Shown one piece after another: positions 40,465 to 52,024 of a DNA stretch of 64,000 bases. Origin of the DNA: Octopus bimaculoides (Eukaryota); the NCBI RefSeq assembly GCF_001194135.2, contig NC_068993.1, forward strand, positions 12,102,085-12,166,084, written 5' to 3'. Position 1 is the stretch's first letter. Each line of letters starts with the position of its first letter. A model generated the notes under the pieces. It had not been told where the DNA came from. It ran no database searches and worked only from the letters and a program-made list of their open reading frames with translations. The translations under genes and the position numbers were made by a program.

Positions 40465-41111
40465 TTTTGGCACAACGCCAACAAGTTCAGGGGATGTGAT
40501 CAGCTGGTACTTATTTTATCGACCCTGAGAGGATGAAAGGCAGAGTCACCTTGGTGAAATTTGAACTCAGAACGTAAAGACGGACGAAAGCTGCTAAGCG
40601 TTTTGCCCTGCCTGCTAACGATTCCGCCAGCTCACTACCTTATTTTGACGTTTCATATTGAAAAGGCAAATATAAATAAATATTTCTACTCTAGGCACAA
40701 GGCCTTGAACATTTTGGTGGGAAGAGTGCTAGCCGATTACATCGACTCTCGTGCATAGCAGGTGCATAACAGGTGCTTATTTCATTGACCCCGAAAGGAT
40801 GAAAGGCGGAAATTGAACTCAGGACATAAATACAGACGAAATACCGCTAAGCATCTCGCCCGGCGTGCTAATGATTCTTATTTCTTTACTGCCCACAAGG
40901 AGCTACACGCAGAGGGGAAAAACAAGGACAGACAAACGGATTAAGTCGATTATATCGACCTCAGTGCGTAACTGGTAATTATTTAATCGACCCCGAAAAT
41001 ATGAAAAGCAAAGTCAACCTCGGTGGAAGTTTAACTCAGAAAGTAACAGCAGACGAAATACCGCTAAGCATTTCGCCCGGCGTACTAACGTTTCTGCCAG
41101 CTCACCGCCTT
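40465..41111 (-). mobile_element. Same-orientation array of three SINE family A copies
   Basis: Copies at about 40465-40640, 40681-40875 and 40880-41111. Each has an atcgacc..aaggatgaaagg body and a gaaataccgctaagca..gcccggcg head. The last ends at an intact head, gccagctcaccgcctt. Confidence 0.92.
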
Positions 41112-42441
41112 CAAGTAAGTATAAATAATATTTTCATCATGTGTAATAAAAAGTTTGGCAAGCAAGTAAAATTCTATTTCGAATCCTTCGTCTGGTGAAA
41201 TCTTGTTTTTTTTACTTATAGCGCAGATGCAGTTTATATATAGCATAATATAGAAATTAGTATATTACTTACGTTGCGATTTTCCAGTAAATTATTTTTT
41301 TGCGCAGGGTGAGAGGCGGTTTACTAATTATTGTTTAGTTATATTAACTTAATGAATATTGATTCTTTTGGCTTAGACTTTCATAATTACCTTTTCATCG
41401 ATTAATGAATGGACATATTATCTGCGCTCGGTAAATTAATAAAAATATACTCTTAATTGATTGACGCTCTATATATTTCTGTTCGATCAAATATTTGCTA
41501 TTTTTTGATATAGCTGCAAAATATTTACACCTTTTCAAATGAAACCCAGTCGAATACACCCATATATGCCTGCGCAGAAATATAGATACATTAGTATAGG
41601 TGATGCTTTCTTGCAATCTTTAATTATAATTTTTCTATTAATATTTTCATATTTTTGTTTATTCACCAATTATTTACAAAATATGTCTGCAATGTACAGA
41701 CTTTGTTGGCATAAATTGTAACCCAATTACAGAAAATAATTTGAATTCCAGCATGTATGTGTGTGTGTGTGCGTGTGTGAGTGTGTGTGTGAAATGGAGA
41801 AACAGAGAGAGGAAGAAAGAGTGTATGTTTGTGTGTCTATGCGTTCCATAATTTACTTAAATATTTGTCTGCAAAGTTATATAATTGTTTGCATATAGAC
41901 AGATAAACATATATGTACATATACGTATGTATATACATGTGGTGTTTGTGTGTATTTATGTGTGCGCAAATATGAATATGCGTGTAAGGGAGAATCTTTG
42001 TGCGAGTATATATATACATATTTCCTGCTTACATATTCATTATTTGTAAATATTTATATACACACAATTATATAGGCATATATATATATATATATATATA
42101 TATAAACATATATGCCTACATATATGTATACATGTATGAATGTGTTTGAATGTATGCATGTAAGCATGTATGCATGTATTAGGATCTCACATTGTCAGGA
42201 ATGCGTTATTTTGAAACCTGTGTGTTCTATAGTTTTGTAAAATTTCATATTCACAGATGTTATTGGTTTTAACTATCTTTCTAGACAAAACATTATATGA
42301 AACGATTGTATTTTAACTGCTTACATGAAAAATCGCAGTTTATCAAAAGTTTATAACTATTATATTTTATAAATATTTTTGCTTATTATATTAGATATGA
42401 GACTTACGTGTATTTAACATGCCCAACGATGTTGCTGTTAG

Positions 42442-43083
42442 AAATTAGCCTTTTCTGCTGCAGGCACAGAGCTTGAGATTTGGGGGAATGTATTAAGTCG
42501 ACTACATCCAGCTCAATGCAAAACTAGTATTTATTTAATCGACCCCAAGAGGATGAAAGGCAAAGTCGACCTCGGCGGAATTTTAATTCAGAACGTAGTG
42601 AGAGACGAGATACCGCTAAGTGTTGTGCCCGGTGTGCTAAAGGTTTTTTTTTTCTCTATTGCCCACAAGGGGCTAAACATAGAGGGGACGAACACGGACA
42701 GACAAAAGGATTAAGTCGATCACATCGACCCAGTGCGTAACTGGTACTTAATTTATCGACCCCGAAAAGATGAAAGGCAAAGTCGACCTCGGCGGAATTT
42801 GAACTCAGAACGTAAAGACACACGAAATACCGATTAGCATTTCGCCCAGTGCCATGTTGCTGTTAGTAATAATGGTTTAAAATTTTTCCACAAGGGTAGC
42901 TTCGGGGAGGGTATCAAATTAGATTACATCGATCCCAGTGCGTAACTAGTACTTATTTAATCGACTACGAAAAGATGAAAGCTAAAGTCGACTTCGCAGA
43001 ATTTGAACTCAGTACGTAGTGACAGACGAAGTATCGCTATGCATTGTACCTGGCGTGTTAACGATTCTGCCAGCTCGCAGCTT
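42442..43083 (-). mobile_element. Same-orientation array of three SINE family A copies with target-site duplications
   Basis: Copies at about 42442-42640, 42645-42854 and 42873-43083. TGTTGCTGTTAG occurs at 42430, 42855 and 43084; the last two extend to an identical 18-mer. Confidence 0.93.
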
Positions 43084-43126
43084 TGTTGCTGTTAGTAATA
43101 ACGAAACCCTTACATTTTCTTTATTT

Positions 43127-43157
<31 letters not shown>

Positions 43158-43699
43158 TTTCTTTCTATTTCATTCATTTTCTTTCTCCAAATCAAGTACG
43201 TATGCGTGACGGAACTCGAGACCGCCGAAACTCGCCTGTTAGGCAAGAGGCTTACCTCTACTCTTGATTTTTAAATGTTTCAACTTTTCAGCGAATGAAT
43301 GTCTATTTTTGCAATATTATTATATTTCTTCGTTACTGCTTTGCTAATTTAAACACCGACAGAAAGATGTTTTCTCTATTAAATGCTTGGATAATTCACA
43401 GTTAATGAAAGTTTTGAGCTTATTGCATTCCATATATTCGCCTGATAGATTTCCCATGGTATTTTGTATATATATTTTTATATAAAATGTCAAAGTATGA
43501 GCCAGATTGTTGTTGTTAGTGTAGTTATTGTTGTTGTTATTCTTGATGTTGTTGTTATTTTTCTTATAAATTTTTATTATTGATATCACTGTCCTTATCA
43601 TTAGCATTGCAATCATCATCGTCGTCGTCATTATCATCATCATCATCTTCATCATTATTATCAACATCCTCCTCCTAATTATTATTATTATTATTATTT

Positions 43700-44136
<437 letters not shown>

Positions 44137-44381
44137 CCACTGCAAAAAACCTAAGACGTCTTTTCAAACGCTCCAGGATGGTGCAACTTAAAACATTTAC
44201 TTACACCGTATTGGTTTTTTTTATGGCATTATTTATTTTATTCCAAGTCGTCAATAGAAACACCACGAACCTGTTACTGGTTTCCTCCGGTTGCTTATCT
44301 ATATTCGGCCCACCAAATAAGTTTGATGGGCGTATTATTTAATATAATCGAACACAACTCAACAAGATAGCGGAGCATGTC

Positions 44382-45330
44382 TTGAAAACGTTGAGAAAAA
44401 AAAACAAAGCAAACCCTCCCATGAATCTGGTAACGTCTGGAGATTTCTCTCCCCTTCCATCTGTTATTGGCAACCATACAGGAGAAGGGGAGGAGGAAAA
44501 CGAGACCGTGAGAGTAAAAAGTCCACCTCGTAGTAACAGCAGTTGTAGCAGTAACAGCAACAGCAGTAGCAGTGACAACAGCAGCAGCGGCAACAAAAAC
44601 GGCAACAGCAACAACAACAGCAACGAGAACATTACCAACAGCAAAAGCACGTTCGCGGCAGCACCAGCGAAAAAGGAGGGAAGATTTACCGCGAATCTCA
44701 CAAATAAAGATGAAGTGTTAACGCAGGCATAGTAACTGATTAAACAAGAAAAAATATGGGCCAACTTAACTGTTCCGTCAAAAGCAATTGAAGCAGTGGA
44801 GAGAAGAACGGTGACATTCAGATGCATCTCAGCAGAGACGAAAAGAGCGGCCTTATTAGCCCAAGTAGTTATTGAAGCGGCGCGGAGGTACATCACAGAT
44901 AACATCGAGGACATAGCGAGGGGAAAACAATATAGCACTACTTCGGTGCTGTTGCAGTCAGAAGCCCTCGCTAAGAATCATTGAACGGCACCTTGCAAAG
45001 TCTTCAAAGTGATTATGTACCCCTCCCACATGGTTGAATATACAGCACGTGTCCGCATTCATAGGATCAGACCAGGACTTGATATTTCGTGGCTTCTGAG
45101 ATGCGTAATTGCGGAGGGGACGGACTCTGTCCCAATAGAGCTGACAAGAACTGCTAGAGAAGACTGGTCCGGGGTTGACCCGGGTCAGACCCGGAGACAT
45201 TAAAAATATCCTGGAGCACATCCGTCTCTAGATCTGGACGGTGGCACGCACAATGACAGAATGTAAAATGCCGCATTGCTTAGCTTGTGAAGAAACGACT
45301 CATTTGAAGCCTAAGAGAAACGACTTGGGC
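44382..45330 (+). pseudogene. Decayed LINE ORF1 (gag-like, L1/Tx1-type) with degenerate CCHC knuckle
   Basis: Track ORFs 44382-44732, 44796-44984 and 45009-45203 are all in one frame, separated only by in-frame stops. After a frameshift near 45190 the reading continues PGDIKNILEHIRL*..KMPHCLACEETTHLKPKR (C-x2-C-x4-H-x4-R, 45277-45318). The block is GC-richer than its flanks. Confidence 0.7.
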
Positions 45331-45833
45331 TTCATCTTTACCTTCCTTGGAATTTGTCCAGGTAACATGCCATATGAAATTAGTACAAATTTAAGTTATA
45401 ATGAATAGCTTTCTGATAGCCACGAATATTAAATTGTAACAACCGAGAATTACAGACGACTTTTTAGACTTTATTTCCACTGCAAAAATAAACAATGAAA
45501 ACTAGAAAATAGAACACACGCGTAGTAAGGTGGTTGTGTTTGTAAACGCTTAATTAAACCCTTGAAAGCTAGCGCTGTGTTAAAATTGGAGTGAAATGTA
45601 TAGCTTAATCTAATGTTTCAATAAGTTGTTTCTTATACATAGGAATAATTCGCCCCTTTATTTGTTTTAAGAGAGGGAAACTCAATCATATAAATAAACA
45701 CACACCAACCCATGAAGACATTAATGCAAATTATTTATACATTAAATAAGGTAAAACCATTGACATTAAACGGATACGCTTATACACACTAGCACGCACG
45801 TATATGAATATGTTTACGTATCTGTATCCGTAA

Positions 45834-45865
<32 letters not shown>

Positions 45866-45938
45866 NNNNNNNNNNNNNNNNNNNNNNNNNNNNNNNNNNN
45901 NNNNNNNNNNNNNNNNNNNNNNNNNNNNNNNNNNNNNN

Positions 45939-46017
<79 letters not shown>

Positions 46018-46995
46018 CTTCCTCATCATCACTTCACAATCGGCGTTGGTGTGATTACAGGTTTGGCTGAAGAGACAGACAGAATACATACCGAGTTTAG
46101 AAACATGAGTATTAATGTCAATTCGTTTGACGAAAGTTCTTGAATGCAGTTTCCCAGTATGACCGCAGACTAATGGCTGAAACAAGAAAAGGAAAGAAGT
46201 AGTATATAATTTTCTTACATATATACAGAGATACAGAGTTGCGTTTGTGTGTGTAAACTTACACGAGCTCAATGGTGTACTTAATTGCTGGTAGTATTTT
46301 AAATTTAATTACCTGCTACTTCCCTGTATCCAGCATTTTGAAATATATTTTTCTGGAATGCGTTCCTCATTTAACTTGTTACAAAATACATACGCTGACA
46401 TAAATGTATGGCACGAGATATGTGATATTTCAACACATACCACTGGTTTGTCATCATGTAGATTCATGAATTTCACGAATTTCGCATTCAGATATTTTAG
46501 ACGCACTCCACGTCAGATGTTCGTGACAGGTTCCGTATTAATTACTAAAGCCTATCCATTCTTAAGCTAGGAGCAACGTTAAACCTTTATTTCCATAGTA
46601 TTCATATTCTGAAAGAGAACTGTAATGTTTTCTTCCTTTGCATTGAAATATAACGGGAAGAAATTCGTCTGCTTCTCTCGTTCTGCTTATAGCAAAAGTA
46701 TCATTTCCACTCACAAGTGATTCACAATTAATCATGTTTTCCTTGAATAATGATATCTTCTCTTTTATTCTTTTAGTATTTCTTAGATTCAGTCTAAATT
46801 TTGCCCACGTTTTAGACTCCGTCGTTCTCTGTTTATTCGATCTGAAATTTCTATGAACTTATTTCTTAGTGGTAGTAATATTAAGGAGGATGCATTTATG
46901 GAGAAACTTGTGTACAAAAGAACAAACTTATCTTTTAAAACCGTCTAAACGTAATTCACAAAAACAAAGTCACGAATGCAAATACACAAAAACAC

Positions 46996-47034
<39 letters not shown>

Positions 47035-47449
47035 CGGATTTTCAAAAGTGTACGGTATTGGAGCATTGTAGCAAAACAATATCTTTTCTGGTCTTGTTTT
47101 AAACATTGTTTCCTTTTATGGGGATAGCGTGGCTGGAACCACTGTCAATTAACCGACAGAGTGATTTGCCGTGGATAGTTACGCGATGAAGTAACGGAAT
47201 TTTCGCCAGGTTTGCTACTAAGATCATGTGATAGCTGCACGAGAACATCAAATCAAAGCCTTTGTCCAGTCGATATGACACATGGCGGGACAAAAGCTAT
47301 GAAGAATGAAAGTCATGTTCCAATATGGAGCTGTTTTAGCCTTTTACTTGTATCCACACAACTAGTATTGTATTTAGCCAAGGCTTGGTGACATGTCTCT
47401 GTTATAAATCCTGCCTTTGTGAATAATTCAACCGTTCTACACAGTTACA

Positions 47450-48340
47450 TTTCTATCGATTTACACTGCTGGCAAGGCAATTGAACAATCTGGAATTATA
47501 ATAGAAGACGAATCCAGAAGCTGGAAAACTGGATACATTTTGAAACCATTTAGTTTTCGAAGAGAACACAATATCACGTTGTCTTATCCTCAACTGTATT
47601 ATTTCATTTCTGAAAACTAAGATCCTTTGAATGTTTATGAGAACATTTCCTTTACTGCACAGTTTATGCAACAATTGAAACAACGATGTAATTCAAATCC
47701 AACCAAAATCTTTTATCGCCATATAATCTGTGAATCTCCTAATAGAATCATCTCTTTTAGTTGCACTGAGATACTTTCTAGAATGCCTCTTAACAATGTA
47801 TTTACAACCTGGAACAATCTTGAAAATTACTCTGCCTGATACATAGAGTGCATAATTTTCAGTCTCTTAACACTTAAACTATTAGAACATTTTGTATTTC
47901 ATTTTCGTACATGATAACCACGGGATAATGCACATTTGTAATCGTCTCACAAATCCATACATCTTGTGGACATGTCTTAAAGGACAATCGTCTATTGAAA
48001 TAATGTCCTCTTCAAATTTATAAGCCTCATGTTTGTAGTAAGCCTCACATTTGTAGTGAAATTATGCCCAACGTAAATAATATTTTCTTACGATGTTTCT
48101 GCTTTGAAACCGTAAAGTCACTACAGTAGAAACTTCTAGCTGTTATGCTGCAATATTGAAAATTTCGTCTGTGTAAATACATTATATAATACACCATAGG
48201 CTCAAATACACTACCCTTGTCTTCTTTGAATAATAACCTGTACGACTTGATGGAAAATATGTAAATAACCCATATTAGATATCGTTTGAGCATTTTGTTG
48301 CTTTGGAGGTTTAGACTAGTTTTTCTGGCAATAATATTTC
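47450..48340 (-). pseudogene. Decayed intronless coding-like block of uncertain family
   Basis: One minus-strand frame has 10 stops in about 295 codons by hand count, against roughly 20 expected at this AT content. There are no microsatellites inside. The segment IISIDDCPLRHVHKMYGFV...IIPW loosely recalls glycosyltransferase family 92. Confidence 0.3.
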
Positions 48341-48504
48341 AAGGTGCAGTAAACATTAGAAAATCTCCTACATCTTTCATATGTTCAAAGTCAGGGTAGA
48401 ATTAAATCAGCTTGGCGACAATTAATAATTTTCCTACTGAAATTAGAACAAGATAAAGGTTGTGAAACAGCTGTAAAACAACGGACGTCATGTGGCTAGA
48501 TATG

Positions 48505-48566
<62 letters not shown>

Positions 48567-48724
48567 AACCTCTCAGATGTACTGACTTTATCAGTTTTAT
48601 ACTTATCTTTTCTATACGATCTTCACGAGTACTGGCGATTTCTGTGTCAATGATTTCAATTGAGATATCTCCTACTTCGTGGATTGTGAAAACTGATGCT
48701 ATCCCCTTTTATCTTTATATTATA

Positions 48725-48965
48725 ATTTTCACTTATTTCAGTCATGTGACTGCGCCCATAGTGGGATACCGCCTTGAAAAACTTTAGTCGAACGAATCGA
48801 CCTCAGTACTTCTATGCTGTCAAGCCTGTTTCCGTCTAACAGATCCTGTAGCACAGTTTGAGAGACTATAGTACAAATCTCTTGCCCAATGGGCCAGCGA
48901 GTGGGACCTATGTGGTACCACACGGTTGGGAAGCAAAAGTTTTACTCCACAGACACACCTGCACC
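48725..48965 (-). mobile_element. SINE family B copy (head and tail present)
   Basis: Reverse complement gives the head ggtgcaggtgtgtctgtggagtaaaacttttgcttcccaaccgtgtgg..gtcccact..ttgggcaag. The tail region reads tttcagtcatgtgactgcgcc..ttagtcgaacgaatcgacc on +. Confidence 0.8.
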
Positions 48966-50167
48966 CTTTCTTTAAATATCATTCATCTTTGCAAATTGCT
49001 TTTGAATATGGTACCACCAGCGTAAAATACCTTTTTCGTCGAGTGGTGTTTGAATATCCTGCTCTCAAGAATCAATGTAACACGTAATTTAAGGACAATG
49101 GAAAGGAAGAAGAGTTAATATGGTGGAAGAGTTATTCTAGCAATATATACAAGCAGATAATGAATTAAGCTTGCTCACTTTTGTATTACATTTGGTAGAA
49201 TCTCTGTATTTTTCCTATGCCAGTACAGCCAATCCCTTTCGTTTGCCGCATAAATTTTCACACATTTATCTATCATTTTTATCACTTTAAAATGGTGACA
49301 ATCGATCAGTTTTCTCAATGAAAGGTTTCAAAACTGTGTTGATGGTGGTGTTGGTGATATATCGTTGTGAATTTATTTCCATGTGTCTATACACATTTCT
49401 GATTTCACTAGTTTGTTAACTGGTCTAGACATAAGTACAGCTTCCGACGACTGAAAGAGAGAATGCACTTAGAGACTGGAACTAAATAACATCAGATATT
49501 TTAATTTCGGTTTTCAAAATTCGTTTGCTGCACACCGATACATCCTTCCTATAAGGCGCAACGTCTGCAACTAAGATGAATTTTCAACTATTTCCTGTAA
49601 ATATATATATGAAGGCCAACTTGAAACTAAAAGGAATGAATTTATGAAGAGATTCCATTAAATTATGTATTATATATACGTCGAAAAATTTTGATATATT
49701 TTGAGAAACTGTCGGCCGATATAAATAATTTATTTGTATTTACTTTCATCTTCTCACGTCCAGGAAGGGATTCAGACAAATTAATAAGGACAATCGATAG
49801 TATTTCTGTATATAAAAAGAAACGGGTTCGTATCTGTAACCTGTAATAAAACGCATATGTATATATATATATGTATATATATATATNNNNNNNNNNNNNN
49901 NNNNNNNNNNNNNNNNNNNNNNNNNNNNNNNNNNNNNNNNNNNNNNNNNNNNNNNNNNNNNNNNNNNNNNNNNNNNNNNNNNNNNNNNNNNNNNNNNNNN
50001 NNNNNNNNNNNNNNNNNNNNNNNNNNNNNNNNNNNNNNNNNNNNNNNNNNNNNNNNNNNNNNNNNNNNNNNNNNNNNNNNNNNNNNNNNNNNNNNNNNNN
50101 NNNNNNNNNNNNNNNNNNNNNNNNNNNNNNNNNNNNNNNNNNNNATATATACAGAGAGAGAGGGAGA

Positions 50168-50205
<38 letters not shown>

Positions 50206-50214
50206 CATACCCTT

Positions 50215-50640
50215 TTACCTACGGTCTATTTTTAACCAACTCCAGTGGCTAGACTTCTACACTGTAGGTTGGATATCAGTCATGGTGGTATTTACCTTAC
50301 CATGAGGAAAGCCTAACGATAACAACAGTCGTTTCACACTCTGACCAACAAACCCTCTACACCCCATTTCGATTGGAAAATGCTCTGCTTTCTAGCCTGC
50401 GTCTTCTCATTCCTCGAGCGGCGTCTATGTTATCTTAACTCGACTAGATTTACAATATTCTTTCCTTCACACCACATTAAAATGTTCGTTTTTTTTCGTA
50501 ACTGGGATGGGAAAGAGTCCCTGGCACAATGGTAAATCTGCAGTCATCTCCCAATAGCCGTTCCACTTTTCATCTCTCACAGGAGGTTTCTTGTTCTTCT
50601 TCTTGAAACGGATCCGCTGACCTGAGCACACGACGGTAAT
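50215..50640 (-). mobile_element. HERO-like (RLE-type) non-LTR retrotransposon 3' relic
   Basis: Minus-strand translation gives WEMTADL..LFPIPVT...NVV*...KAEHFPIEMGCRGFVGQSVKRLLLSLG...KSSHWSWLK. This matches the HERO/NeSL-type C-terminus FP.EVGCRGFV..S...LG.....S.W.W.K. Confidence 0.83.
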
Positions 50641-51029
50641 GAAGTCTCTAGTTGGTAGTTTCAACGGTTTTTTCTAACTCGAAAGTTTTTATATATTAAA
50701 TTATTCTTTCCTATCGATAGATCTTCTAAATAACAATTGTTGCGATCCGTTACTCCTCATCAGTCCACTCTTTGCGGTGAGCTACATGGCGTAACATAAG
50801 TAACCAATCTCCTTCCTATTAATTATCTAAAGAATTTATTGTATTGAGTAATCATTTCTCTCTTTATTGTTCAATATCTAGTATGAATGCACCCATACAC
50901 AAATACGTGTGTGTATTGATGTGTATGCATGTGTTTGTGTGTATGTATGTAATTATGTATGTAATGTATGGATATGCATGTATATATCTCTGTATTTATG
51001 TGTGTGTGTCTATATGTCTGTATGAATGC

Positions 51030-51062
<33 letters not shown>

Positions 51063-51827
51063 TAGAATGAGTAAGGGGGAAAGTGAGAGAAAATGTGCAA
51101 TAAGGAATATATCGAGCTGTGGGAAATGAAAGCGGGGGCGTTAAAAAATATTTCAGGCGAGTTTCAGATGCAGATGACTAAAGCAAAAATCAAATAAAGA
51201 ATAAGCAACAGATAGACATATTATGGGAGTAAGCGTAGAACATGGAAACTAGAGTAAGATAAAGTTGAAGGATAGGATGATCACGGAATTAAAATAGATA
51301 TAGGCGGGAAAAGATAATAATTACATGCTGAATTTCTCACATAAAAAATTGAAAACCCATATATAGATAAACAAACAACGAACTTCATCTGTTGTTTTCT
51401 AAAATTGAAACTAAAATACAAACAGATATATAAACAGAATCAATCAAATATACGAAGATGGAAACACGATTTCAGATGAAATAAATAACTAAAATACAAT
51501 AAGTTGATAACAATAAAAATAATATAAAGCGTGATATTAATAACAACATTAACAGTAACAACAAAATGAATGATATTAGAAAAACTACTACCTCACACAC
51601 ACACACACACACACGCACACATACATACACACACATACACACACACATTAAGTTACATATATACACGAAAGTGCATTTATACATATTTCCATTAGGTGTA
51701 CGTATGTATGTATGTACGTACGTGTGTGTATATGCATATATATATATTCATATATAGAGATTTATATATGTACTGCATATGTATCTATATGTATATATNN
51801 NNNNNNNNTGTATGTATTCATTTATTA

Positions 51828-51995
51828 TTTACTAGTTTCAGTTATTTGACTGCTGCCATGCTGGAGTATCATCTTTAGTCGAACAAATCGATCCCAGGAC
51901 TTATTTCATGTAAGCCTAGTACTTATTCTTTCTTAAACTTTAACACTACCATCGGTTGTCCAGCGATGGTGGATGAAGGGCAGACAAACCTACAC
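51828..51995 (-). mobile_element. SINE family B 3' portion
   Basis: tttactagtttcagttatttgactgctgccatgctggag..ttagtcgaacaaatcgatcccaggacttat. Confidence 0.75.
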
Positions 51996-52024
51996 ACACA
52001 CGTACAGAATATATATACGTATAT

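Noticed and set aside
40465-43101. Repeat-spacer-like periodicity suggesting a CRISPR array
   Set aside because: The units are ~200-bp diverged SINE copies, not 25-45-bp identical repeats with unique spacers. The context is eukaryotic and there are no cas genes.
44339-44938. 199-aa minus-strand ORF with a Leu-rich hydrophobic stretch
   Set aside because: Antisense shadow of the ORF1 relic. The Leu run is the reverse complement of the (AGC/AAC)n insert.
50732-50766. Minus-strand CTGATGA...GCAAC-AATTGTT hammerhead-like string
   Set aside because: GAAA is mutated, helix II pairs poorly, helix I does not pair, and there is no homology to the repeat body.
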